Shown piece by piece: positions 13,766 to 25,280 of a stretch of DNA of 36,560 bases. Positions within the stretch are counted from its first letter, which is position 1; each line of letters opens with the position of its first letter. The stretch spans positions 1 through 36,560 of the forward strand of contig NW_021824691.1 in NCBI RefSeq assembly GCF_006345805.1. The letters are read 5' to 3'. Origin of the DNA: Octopus sinensis. Its lineage: Eukaryota. The position numbers were made by a program, and so were the translations under genes. The notes beneath the pieces were generated by a model that searched no databases, was not told where the DNA came from, and was given only the letters and a program-made list of their open reading frames with translations.

Positions 13766-14230
13766 AGAAACGAAAGAAAAATCTCAAAACTTATTTAAGA
13801 TCAAGACTAAAAGTACATTTCATTCAAACATTTAAATAACACTGAATTCAAACGTAGACTTAATTCATATGTTCTTTGATATGTACACCATATGTTCAGT
13901 CAAACAGACTTTATCTCTCTCCTCTCGAGATTTCTTCTATGTAAGGGAAATCATTATAAAGTATCACGAACCAATGGGGAATACCCTCCAAATGTCCATA
14001 TGACTTTTTAAAAATCACAGCCAAATCTTCATCGAATCACAGCCTATAGGTGCAGGGGAGGCTGATTGGTTAGGAAGTTCGCTCCACATCCTCGTTGCTT
14101 CCGGCTGTCACTTTGGACTAGGGACATATATTATATGCCGGATAGCGAATTTAAATTTTAAGTATCAACCAGCCTGTCTCTTTTTCACTCTTTCTCGCAC
14201 CCTCTTGCTGTCTGTCTGTATGTCTGTCTG

Positions 14231-14262
<32 letters not shown>

Positions 14263-14381
14263 CATATATGTAAATGTATATGTACGTGTGTTTACGTATA
14301 TATTCACGGACCCATATATGCATGTCTTACACATATATAAATATGCATGGAATATATGTGTGCGTGTGCATGTGTATATAA

Positions 14382-14437
<56 letters not shown>

Positions 14438-14482
14438 TATCTATATATATATATATAATCATATATATACTTATATGAGTGA

Positions 14483-14817
14483 AGGCGCATGGCTCAGTGG
14501 TTAGAGCATCGAGCTTACGATCATGAAGTTGTAAGTTTGAATCCCGGACCGGGCTGCGTGTTGTGTTCCTATGCAAGACACTTTATTTCACATGCTCCAG
14601 CTCACTCAGCTGTAGAAATGAGTTGCAACATCACTGGCGCCAAGCTGTATTGGCCTTTGTCTTTCCCTTGGATAACATCAGTGATGTGGAGAAGGGAGGC
14701 TGGTATGCATGGGCGACTGCTGGCCTTCCATAGACAACCATGTCTGGACTTGTGCCTCGGAGGGTAACTTTCTAGGTGCAATCCCATGGTCAGTCATGAC
14801 CGAAGGAGGTATCAGCA
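14483..14817 (+). mobile_element. tRNA-derived SINE (family C), near full length
   Basis: A box tggctcagtgg, B box gtttgaatccc, then a CORE-like segment (gtgttcctatgcaagacacttt). tRNA-derived octopus SINEs (OK/OR1/OR2) are known; exact family not assigned. Confidence 0.8.
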
Positions 14818-15962
14818 TGTAGTGTGTGTGTGTCTCCGTGTGTGCATAATATATATATATATTATATATAATATAATATATATATATAATATAACTAACT
14901 ATACACACATATATTGTGTACATATGTATGCGGTATACATACCTAAATACATGTATTTACATACCTACATATATATATATATATTATATATATAATATAT
15001 ATATATATATTATATATATATATATAATATATATATATATATATACGTATATATATACATACGTATTCACATAGACACGTATGTGAGTGCCCACTTTCTT
15101 ATCGTGTTTCACACAACTGCGTCAACAGCAACAACAGCAGGCAGCGGTCAAACACATGTCATTGTGTGAAAATTTAATGAAAGAGAAAATTAGTCATTAG
15201 AAATTTGTACCTAGAAAAGCTATGACAGAATAAACCCTTACATGGCAATGCCCCAGCATGGCCGTAGTTTAGTAGTTGGAATATGAAAAATAACGTAAGA
15301 CTGTAGTTTATAGTGTGAGGGAAAGGATAATTAATGCGTTAAATGAATTACACTTCCCTTGGATATGGCCTAGGAAACCAGACAGGATAGATAGTCACGG
15401 CTGGAATGTCATTGTTCAGAGTTTGGATCAATAATTGTATTATGGGGTTACAGCAGTAACAATAACATACAACAACATTAACAAGAGTAAAAGGGAAGGT
15501 GGCATCGGTGGTGAACAGCAGATATGCAGTTGTAAAAGAACAACTACAATGAAAAAAATAAAGAAAGGAAACGACGACGTCAATAACAAAAAAACAAAAC
15601 AAAATCAATGGCGAAAACGATGACAACACCAACACCAGCAACAACAACATCAATGAAAGTAACAACAAAGACTATAAGGGCGGCATCAACAACGTCGATG
15701 ACGCCAACTACAAAGACGCCGACATCCACAACAAAACTAACAACCAAGCAGCAGCAGCAGCGACACATAAAGTACAAGCGTAATACATGCAGTACAGCAA
15801 GAATCAAGCTTCTAGCATCTGGAAATCTAAAGATTTTCTACTGATGCCTTCGGGAAAGGCATTAAAGCCACACCTGTCTATTATTTGAACGCCTATCACT
15901 ACCAATTCAAAAGAAACCAGCATCTGTGCTTACTAAAACATTGACAATGAATTGCGGAGATT

Positions 15963-16030
15963 CATACCCTAGTGGTTAGGGTGTTGGGCTCGCAACCCTA
16001 CGGTCGTTGGTTCGATGCCTTTCGCGCAAA
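15963..16030 (+). mobile_element. Isolated tRNA-like SINE head
   Basis: ctagtggttagg (A box) .. ggttcgatgcc (B box); no complete cloverleaf seen. Confidence 0.4.
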
Positions 16031-16103
16031 CCACTTCTTCTCACATTGCCCTCGTCTACTCAGTTCGAAAAAATCTAAATCCAATACTATCTTCGAGGTT
16101 CTC

Positions 16104-16269
16104 TTCTGTCTAGGGATGTGATAGGCACCCGGAACAACTAGCGATAGCTTGCTACAAGCTACAGGGCCATACATGCTAATGTATTTTCTGTATAGGGGTG
16201 TGATAGGCATCTGAAACAACTAACGAAAGATTGCTACAAGCTACAGGGATATACTTGCTTATGTATTTG
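16104..16269 (+). repeat. Two-copy ~82-bp tandem repeat
   Basis: ttctgt.tagg..tgtgataggca..aacaacta.cga.ag.ttgctacaagctacaggg starting at 16104 and 16186. Confidence 0.85.
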
Positions 16270-16504
16270 CTACGTTTCCCTTATATGTTTTTGTGGGAGT
16301 TGTCAGAATAACAATAATTCAGAGAAGTGCATCGTCCAAGAATTATCTAGGAAAGATATTTGGTAATTTGGCGGCTATTTCTAGCACATCAAGCGACTTG
16401 GAGTAAGCCCACCTATTGGCTTGTATGTGATTTGTGAATACGTGTAAGTGTGCACCTGTGAGATATATATATATATATACAAAATGAGAAAATGGAGAAA
16501 CATA

Positions 16505-17185
16505 CCTAAATCAATCATACTGTAACCCTAAATAGTAGTACATCTGATAAGAAGACCTATATTGGATTATGTAAAGGTGAATTTAAAAATCGCTACGCCA
16601 ATCACATAACCTCTTTCCAAAATAGGGACAAAAGTAAAGCTACTAAGTTGGCTATCATACATATGAAGTTCGAAAGATAACGAAAGACCACGCGATTAAA
16701 TGGAAAGTAATTGAGAAATCCGTACCATATGTGAATGGATCGAATAAATCTAGGTTTTGTTTAGCTGAAAGAGCACAGATCCTATTCAGATCTAAAATCC
16801 CTAACTTTCTATTGAACTCAAGGTCAGAAATTTTCATTCGTTGCATGCATATATATAAATATATTTTGTGAGAATTGGAAAATTCCGTCTATTTCTGACT
16901 GACTTGACATCTTTCCAGCCTTATCATTTAAGGTCCAAGGAGGATAGCTCTTTTACCATTTTACTTTTTACATTTTAATTTCTGTTTTTCATTTTCCGTT
17001 TTCCGTTGTTTACTTTCTGCGTTTTCTATGGGCTGCCTCCTCAGTTTTTTCGCGTTTCTTCTATTATTCAATTTCGTTAGTTCGTTATATATGTGGTTTG
17101 TGCCTGAACAATATGTTTGAGTTCTCTCAACTTATGAAGCTATTAGTAGCGCATTAATACATGTATTGTGCCCTTTAAATATGTA
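16505..17185 (+). mobile_element. Penelope-like element 3' fragment: GIY-YIG endonuclease remnant (16522-16871) and downstream pLTR region
   Basis: KKTYIGLCKGEFKNRYANHITSF..ATKL (frameshift) AIKWKVIEKSVPYVNGS..FCLAE..LLNSRSEIFIRCMH; HHR relic downstream. Confidence 0.8.
17099..17153 (+). ncRNA. Degenerate type I hammerhead in PLE 3' region
   Basis: tgtgc|CTGAAcA|atatgtttgag-ttct-ctcaacttat|GAAg|ctattag|TA|gcgca; two core substitutions. Confidence 0.55.
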
Positions 17186-17284
17186 TATATATATATAAAA
17201 CTTCGAAATGGTTGCGTGGCGTTCGATAATATGATAATATAAATAATATATATGAATATATACATGCATACATGTACATACTTA

Positions 17285-17565
17285 CATATATGTGTATATA
17301 CACATGCATATATGGGTACAGAGCGTCAAAAAACGTAAACAGCAAGAAAAACGAGAACATGAGTTACAAAAACATGGGAAACGAACTTTTTTTGAACAAC
17401 GAAAGAAACAAATAAAAAACGAGATATAAAGAATAACCCCTTCACCAGTTGTCCACTGCTTTATCTACTCTGCATTTCAAGCGGTAATTCATGTTCTCGT
17501 TTTTCTTGCTGTTTACATTTTTGACGTCCTATACCCATATATGCATGTGTATATACATATATATG
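17285..17565. mobile_element. Foldback element in (TA)n, ~78-bp inverted arms and ~126-bp spacer
   Basis: Arm ..cgtcaaaaaacgtaaacagcaagaaaaacgagaacatga (ends 17362) vs tcatgttctcgtttttcttgctgtttacatttttgacg (starts 17489). Confidence 0.8.
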
Positions 17566-17610
17566 TAGGTTGTAATGTATGTATGTATATATGCATATAT
17601 ATATATTTTA

Positions 17611-17800
17611 TCGAGAAGTATATTTGCCACTTAAATGTGGCTAACCCTTAAGGGTTGATGCTACTATAGCTTGTAACCCCAGGACGACACCTCCTCCAGC
17701 TGGCTATTGCCTCTTGGCTAGTATCTTCCTGGGGCTACAAGCTACCGTAGCATCCACCCTCAAGGGTTAGCCACATTTAAGTGGCAAATATACTTCTCGA
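17611..17800. mobile_element. Foldback element, ~74-bp inverted arms and 42-bp spacer
   Basis: tcgagaagtatatttgccacttaaatgtggctaaccct.. vs ..agggttagccacatttaagtggcaaatatacttctcga. Confidence 0.9.
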
Positions 17801-17850
17801 TGTCGTGCAGATACTGATTATACCTCGCTTAGAGATTTATTATAGCTTAT

Positions 17851-18097
17851 ACTCTCTTTTTACTTGTTTCAGTTATTTGACTGCGGCCATGCTGGAGCAC
17901 CGCCTTTAATCGAGAAAACATCCCGGGACTTATTCTTTTTTTTTTGTAGCCCAGTACTTATTCTATCTGTCTCTTTTGCCGAACGCTAAGTAACGGGGAC
18001 ATAAACACACCAGCATCGGTTGTCAAGCAATGCTAGGGGGACAAACACAGACACACAAACACACACACGCATATATATATATAATTATATATATATA

Positions 18098-18156
<59 letters not shown>

Positions 18157-18634
18157 TATATATATATTAAAGGAAATGAAGAAAATGCTGACAATAATTG
18201 AAGTAATTTAAGTAATTTACTTAGGTTGAAAGTTCTTTTTACCGGTTGCGCATTTGTTGAGGAAAAATTCTATAAGAATGGAACTCTAATCTCTCTTTTA
18301 TATTTTGATAAGCATAACAAATGCGCAACCGGTAAAAGAAAATTTCACCTAATTAAATTACTTAATTACTTCAATTATTTGTCAGCATTTTCTTCATTTC
18401 TTTTTTATATATCACCCTCGTGTTCGACATCTCCTTTTTTAAATATATATTATATATATACTACATATATACGACGGGCTTCTTTCAGTTCCGTCTACCA
18501 AATTCCACCACAAGGCTTGATCGGCCCGAGGCTATAGTAGAAGACACTTGCCCAAGGTGCCACGCAGTGGGACTGAACCGGAACCATGTGGTTGGTAAAC
18601 AAGCTACTTACCACACAACCACTCCTACGCCTAT
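17851..18634 (-). mobile_element. SINE family A (tRNA/CORE-like head, internal microsatellite, tail); head 18471-18634, tail 17851-18068, foldback nested in the internal (TA)n
   Basis: Colinear with the contiguous plus copy at 25498-25882. Confidence 0.85.
18168..18407. mobile_element. Foldback element, ~90-bp inverted arms, with minimal HHR relic at 18303-18338 (+)
   Basis: Arms 18168-18258 and 18316-18407; tt|tTGATaA|gcat-aacaa-atgc|GcAA|ccgg|TA|aaag. Confidence 0.85.
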
Positions 18635-18672
18635 AGTATTTATATTATTATATTATTATATATATATATATA

Positions 18673-18745
18673 TAAAGGCGGTGCTCCAGCATGGCCGCAG
18701 TCAAATGACTGAAACAAGTAAAAGAGTAAAAGAGAGTAAAAGAGT
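18673..18745 (+). mobile_element. Solo SINE family A 3' tail (severely 5'-truncated)
   Basis: taaaggcggtgctccagcatggccgcagtcaaatgactgaaacaag followed by (taaaagag)n. Confidence 0.85.
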
Positions 18746-18787
18746 ATATATATATAATATATATATATATATATAATATATATATAT

Positions 18788-19657
18788 ATGGTCTGATCAA
18801 TAAGCATCCGGACTCTTGATATAGTAACGAAGCTAAAGCACGCAGAGTAATCCCACTTGGTGCAGATTGACCTTGAAGTCTGCTGTGCATGTGCATAAGT
18901 TTTAACGTTCTAGCTTACTTCCGCTGCTTAGAGCGGAGCTTGGAAGGGAGGTGTGTAGCGTGTGATCGTCGCATTGACCATGACAGAGAAAGTTAAGTTG
19001 AGAATCTGCATCAAATTTTGCCAAAAGCTTAGCGATGTCCGGTCAGAGGCCTATGCAAAGTTTTCAATTAGATCTTGTACAACTGAAACCCGAGTGTCTT
19101 TTCGTCAGCCAAAAACAGTTTTTACACAAACTTGGTAGACACGCGTCTCACCCAAATCTTCAGTGATAATGGACTGAACTGAACTGTAACTAAGCTGCAC
19201 ATCCTCTGATAATTCACTGATGGTGATTCGACGATTTCCCCTCACAGCTTCACGCACATCTGCGATGTTTTTTCAGTTCTGCTGGTTGTGGGCCTCCCAA
19301 AACGTTCGTCAATATCGACGTCTTTCGGTCATCTTGGAAACGTCTGTGCTACTTGTACACTTATGTATAGCTCATACACTCTTCTCCATATACTTTCGGC
19401 AACATTGCGTTAGCCTCTGAGCAGGCATCGCCATAACAACATTCTCGGTCATGGTCAATGCAACGATTACACGCTACACATCTTCCTTCCATGCACTGGG
19501 ATGTAAATAGCAGAAGTGAGCAGAAGTGAGCTAGAACGTTAAAACTTAGTGCACAAGCTCAGCGGAGTTCAAGGTCAGTCTTTGCGAAGAGGTTTCACTC
19601 TCCGTACTTTAGCTTCCTTACTATAGCAACAATCTAAATATTTATTGATCATACCTA
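18788..19657. mobile_element. Non-autonomous mariner derivative made of two 5' ends in inverted orientation
   Basis: Plus arm to ~19070 encodes MTEKVKLRICIKFCQKL; minus arm encodes an N-terminal HTH region (ERFGRPTTSRTE, RRITISELSEDV, RRVSTKFV); ends tgatcaataa..ctatagtaa.gaagctaaag are homologous. Confidence 0.8.
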
Positions 19658-19680
19658 GAATATATATATATATATATTAT

Positions 19681-20830
19681 TACACAACGTGGGGCAGAGA
19701 AGACGGAGGTTTTTGAGAAATTCAAAAAATCATGAATTTTATCTGCAAACAAATTTTATTGATATCAGTGTGTTTGTATTGAATTAGCATTTGTGAAAAT
19801 CAAGTGTGGAAAACATCCGTCTTGTGGTGTCCGTTTTCATTGATTCATTCCTGAACCCGTTCTTGGAAGTTGGACTCTATTCTCTCCAGCATTGCTCAGT
19901 CGACTTCCACGCGAATAGCTTCCATCAAATCGTCCGGTGTACGGGGCTTTTGCGCATAAACACGTGCCTTCACACATGGATAAATAAGGGTACCGAGAGG
20001 GCCAAGGAATGACAGCATACCTTATGACAGCATACGTTAATTGAAGCTCTGGCTGTATGGGCCTGAAACCACACGTTTTCGTCGTAATTCAGGCAAAAAG
20101 AAGTTGTTTATCTTCTCGATATAATGCTCAGAGCTTACAGTAACAGCGTTTCCATTATTCTCTTCAAATAAGTAAGGACTAATGATGGCAGCTTTTCCCC
20201 CAGCACACCAGACTGTCACTTTTGGGCTGTGCAGTGGTCTTTCGTGCAGTTCTCTCAGATTTTCAAGAGCTCAATAACGACAGTTCTGATGATTCACCAA
20301 GCCATTGAGATGAAAACGAGCTTCATCACTCATTAACAAAATGAGGTTGTCATTTGGCTGCGCATAATCCCATGGTTTCAATTGTTGCCCAGAGACTAAT
20401 TTGTACGGGTGGAAATACAGGTCTTCATGCAAAATACGCCTGACCGATCGATTACCGATGTCAAGTTCAATGGAATGCCTCCGAGCAGAGCGATTTGTAT
20501 TCCATATCAGAGCTTTTCCAGGATCCGTACCGTTCGTGGCGCCCCCACAGGTCTCCTATTCATTAGTGTACCTCGTTTACAAAGTGCATTCACCCAACGT
20601 AAGATTGTGTTACGGGTGGGAACAGCCTGATTTTAGTGAATGCTGAAGCGGTGCCGAAACTCATGCTGAATTGCTGTGGCAAACACGCAATGCTCTATCG
20701 TCTACAGCGACATAGCTTCACCTGAAATGAAAAAAAAAAGCTAAGACACCACGAACTGAATGGTACCTATGGGACATATGTCCCTCCCATAGCCATTTCA
20801 TAAACTCCATCCTCTCTGCTCCACCCTGTA
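19681..20830 (-). mobile_element. Tc1/mariner-superfamily transposon, near full length but decayed (maT DD37D or rosa DD41D-like)
   Basis: Minus: FHPYKL..LMSDEARFHLNGLVNHQNCRY, PLHSPKVTVWCA, IISPYLFEE.GNAVTV; TIRs ca..gtggggcagagaag / ctctctgctccaccctg with TA flanks. Confidence 0.85.
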
Positions 20831-21083
20831 TATAGTTCAAATTTACAGAAAACAAAAGACGATGATAGGTGTAGGAACAGTGATCAGCTGTATTAGTTTA
20901 ACGCTATGTGTGTGTGTCCGTGTGTGTGTGTATGTGCAGTTGTATGGGTTGGGGAGACATATCTAGTACAAGGAATTAAGGTTAATTTTGTTTCTATCCC
21001 GGGAGAATTGGCATAATGACCATTCAGATATACACAAAATCTGCGTCACTAGGTAAACTCTCCCTGTACATATATATATATAT

Positions 21084-23311
21084 AAACTTAGATAAACTTA
21101 GATATGTTTCGACCAAAGATTGGTCCAGGCCATGTCTAACTTAATAGAACCACCTGATAGGATTATTCGAATCCGTTTAAGTCAATTTTAAGTCATAGTT
21201 TGTTCAAGTAGTGAGTTCTTGTGGTGAGTTGTATCCAGTTTTGTTCAAGTAGTGAGTCTTGTTGGGTGAGTTGTATCGAATTATGGGTGGCTTATCTGGT
21301 ATTCTTTGAAGGAATCTATCCAGACTTAAAGTTGATGAGATGCCTTTTCCTCTTTGATCTCCCTCGGGACAATGTTAAATAGGGCAGGGCCTGTTGAGGA
21401 AAAGAAATTATATTGCAGTGTACATGTATGTTGTGATATTGCAGGGGACGTATAGCCCGTGGTCCAAGTCTTGGATGAACCTTGAAGCTAATGTTTAGGT
21501 CATTTGGGCAAAGTTGGCGGTATATTTTCCACATCGTACAAATGATGTACCGTTCACGGCGACGCTGGAGGGAGTAAAGTTTCAAGGCTTTAAGGCGATC
21601 CCAATAATCGAGAGCAGCCATGCCTTCAATTCGTTTAGTGAGTGCCCTCTGGGGTGACTCAATTCTGGAGATGTTTTGTCTTGTGTGAGGAGACCACAGT
21701 GGGCAGCAGTATTCAAGGTGTGGCGTACAAAGGAGGAAAAAAGTGGTATGATGACACCTTGTTCTCTGGACCGGAAAGTTCTTAAGATCCAGGAACTCAT
21801 CTACGAGCTATATCGACCTTCTTGTTGATGTGTGCACTCCAACTGAGATCGTCATCAACAATTACCCCCAGGTCTCTGATATTGTTAGAGGCTGTGAGCG
21901 GTTCCCCTGAAGGAAGAGAGTATGGTTGTTTTAGTGAGGAATTTTCCAAATGCATCAGTTCAAATTTTCCCTCATTCAGTTGCATTTTGTTTCTGTCTGC
22001 CCATTGACTCACAGCATATAAATCAGACTGGAGTTGAGTTCGGTCTGCTTCTTCATTCACGATTTGCTGGAGCTTAGTGTCAGCAAATATTTTCACTTTG
22101 CAGTAATGTACGACACTGGAAAGGTCGTTTATGTAAATTATGAAGAGTAGCAGACCCAAAACAGTTCCCTGGGGAACACCGCTGGTGACTTTTGCTGGGT
22201 TTGAGTGGACTCCATCAACTACAACATGTTGTGTTCTATTCGCCAGGAAATACTTAATCCAGTGTAGAACTTTTCCACGGATTCCAACATTTACCAATTT
22301 TGAGAGTAGGATTATGGTCTACCCTGTCGAACGTTTTACTGAAGTCAAGATATATGACGTCAGAGTTCGAACCTGTTCCCAGGCTTTGAGTACATCTTCA
22401 ATGTGGTGTAAGAGCTGTGTTAGACAGTCCCTGCCACAGCGAAAGCCATGCTGATTTGCATTTAGGAGTTTGTGGGTCTCCAGGAAGTCAGCTATCCTTG
22501 ATCTTAACACTCTTTCAAACACTTTAATGATGTGGGAGGTGAGTGAGATTGGGCGATAGTTGACTGCGAGGGATCTGTTTCCTTGTTTGAAAACCGGGAT
22601 GACCGACTGGGATAGAAACTGTTCGGTATATAACCTGCGTCTAACGAATTTCTCCAGAGGTTGGTCAGAGGGACTGCAGTTGGTATCTACATTCCTTCAG
22701 GAGACTAGCGGGAAATCTATCAGGGCCTACAGCAGAGTAATGTTGACCTCATTTATTGCTGCTTACGATGTCAGTGGCAGTGAAGGTTATGTCTGAGATT
22801 TTGTGTGGGAAGTCAACTTCGTTCGTTTCCCTTACGTCAATATCAGTGGGAACACTAAAGACAGAGCAGTATTGTTTCTGCAGTATTTCTGCCATTTCTT
22901 TAGCATCGTGTTGGGGAATGCCGTTATCATCAATCAATGGCCCAATGGGTAAGACAGTGGTTCTATGCTTATTCGCATAAGAATAGAACACTTTGGGTTC
23001 TGTTTGATGTTTTGATTACCCATTGTCCCTCCACAGCTCTTTGATTTTCAATGGAGGTTTCATGTTGGTCTGCAGATGAAGTTTTACCAGCTCTAGTCTT
23101 TTCATTGTTGTTAAATGTGGATGTTGTGTGTGGAATATTTTAATTGGTTGATTTTTTTTGTTGAGTCTTTTGATGCGCCTGATGAGTGTTTTTTTCTTTT
23201 TAGGGAGCCGGTTCTGTTTGTGTTAGTAGATTTCTTGGGATCGTGTTTAGAGCATGTATAGGTGACAATGTTTTCAAAGTGCTGCCACGCGGTCTCATAT
23301 GAGAGGAATTG

Positions 23312-23312
<1 letters not shown>
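21084..23312 (-). mobile_element. 5'-truncated CR1/L2-group LINE (RT and 3' tail)
   Basis: NQHGFRCGRDCLTQLL, VTSGVPQGTVLGLLLFIIYIND, KIFAD(D), YSLQRRRERY; 3' hairpin and (atctaagttt)2 tail; ~40-bp tandem duplication 21197-21278. Confidence 0.9.
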
Positions 23313-23360
<48 letters not shown>

Positions 23361-23366
<6 letters not shown>

Positions 23367-24118
23367 ATATTAAGGGTTTTTTGCAACAAGTTGCTTAAAC
23401 CACGTACCGAAAATATTAGAAATAGCAGCCAAAAGACTACTATCTCCTTTTACTACAAAAATAAGTCTCCACAGATAACAATATTTGTAACTCACATATG
23501 GCAAAACAAAGAAGAAAAACAGCGAAATCACACAGTCTTCGGATTAATTATGGACGTACGTTTCTGGATTAGAATCGTAAGGTTCATTTCCTTATCAACA
23601 TAATATTTCCTATAAATCTACAAATGCTAGGAAAACCTACCTTTTATATTTTCGACCAAGCGACATCAAAAGATACAAAAGCCAGCCAGCATATCCACAT
23701 TTATATAGACAAGTGAATTCGTATCTCCCTCCAGAATTCTACCACGTGAGTCAGAAAAATAGTACTGCCGAAAAAAAGATTCGTAGTTTTGTCTTAGGGT
23801 AGTAAAACAGTCATTACAGATATAGTTTGAAATATAATTAATTTAATAAAATCAACAAATTTCACCTAGTAGTATTTCGGTATGGAAAAGGACTATATTC
23901 GGTAAAGATTTATATAATTATAATAATAAGGGTTTTTTGCAACAATGTGCTTAAACCACATACCGAAAATATTAGAAATAGCAGCCAAAAAACTACTATT
24001 TCTTTTACTACAAATATAAGTCTCCGCTGTTTTCCTTCTTTGCTTTGCCATATGTGAGTTACAAATATTGTTGTCTGTGGAGACTTATTGTTGTAGTAAA
24101 AGAAATAGAAGTTTTTTG
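23361..24118 (-). mobile_element. PLE-like non-autonomous element with direct and inverted partial terminal repeats
   Basis: Direct repeats 23361-23470 and 23917-24025; 24026-24118 is the reverse complement of ~23432-23523; in (TA)n; HHR relic inside. Confidence 0.7.
23547..23604 (-). ncRNA. Degenerate type I hammerhead
   Basis: Minus: attatg|tTGATaA|gga..tcca|GAAA|c-gtac-g|TC|cataat; 6-bp helix I, palindromic GUAC loop. Confidence 0.6.
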
Positions 24119-24122
24119 TAAT

Positions 24123-24197
<75 letters not shown>

Positions 24198-24348
24198 TGT
24201 ACGTATGTATGTATGTATAATTAAGTAATCCAGGAACTAAAGTCCCTTAAAGGATACGAAAAATCTTAGTTTTCCGGTTTATAGTAGCGTTCAGAGAAAA
24301 ACCAAGTAGTTGGATTATCACCAAAAAAGTATAGGTGTTTAGATAAAC

Positions 24349-24730
24349 CTTTTTAAATAAGAAAATTAATACAATTTACGTACAGATGTTTTTATTTAAA
24401 AACATTCAAATTCAAACATAGAATTTCCTACCTTCAGCTGTTTCCATACACAATTCTTTAATTTCAGAAATAAAATTCCGTTTTCGAAACCATTGAATTG
24501 GGGATGAGTTTATCGTAGGTTAGCCTACGTGTTGTTAAATAACTTCCTTTTGAAACTTCCCCTGAGGATATACCCAATTCACTGGTTTCGAATACGGAAT
24601 TTTATTTCTGAAATTAAAGAACTGTGTATGGAAACAGGTAGGAATATCTATGTATGAATTCGAATGTCGTTAAATAAAAACATCTGTACGTAAATTCTTA
24701 ACCATTTTCGTCATTTTCTTATTTAAAAAG
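24349..24730. mobile_element. Foldback element, ~155-bp inverted arms and 70-bp spacer
   Basis: Arms 24349-24502 and 24573-24730 (ttcagaaataaaattccg..cgaaacca.tgaattggg vs reverse complement). Confidence 0.85.
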
Positions 24731-25242
24731 ATGAGCAACAAAGCGCCAATCTCTTTATATACTCAACAACTGGAACTGCTAATCTGCATACCGTATTACA
24801 CTTTATTTAATATAATACAATACACAGTATAGTATAATGCAGGTACGAGGTCAAGCGTTAAAGAAGTTCTCAATGCAATCTTAGCATCTCGGTTTTGATA
24901 CCATTGCCTGGCATTTTGGACACACTTCTTTTACAATATATCCTATTAATCGACACGAGCATTGTGGGTGAAAATAATTAAAATGTAAAACTTGTTGAAG
25001 ATTATCCCAAGAATATTTCTTTGTGACGACGCCTTGTCATATGCTTCTGTACTTGAAGAATTAGGTCTGTGGAATACTAACCACTTAACTGCAGGTCGAT
25101 GTCATGGCGTCTCAGACGATGGAACAACTAGATTACTCATCATTGTAACTGACGGAGAACTACTAACCTTTATACACACACATGCATATATACTCACAGA
25201 TGTGCTGTTACCGACCGCTCCTTCTGCTTTAATCCCATCTCA

Positions 25243-25280
<38 letters not shown>

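Noticed and set aside
14483-14555. tRNA gene
   Set aside because: It continues directly into a SINE body; the cloverleaf is imperfect.
17430-17490. Possible permuted hammerhead in the foldback spacer (CTGGTGA on minus)
   Set aside because: Helices I and II could not be paired consistently.
21100-21130. Hairpin plus GAAAC resembling an HHR
   Set aside because: No CUGANGA box; better explained as the LINE 3' recognition stem-loop.
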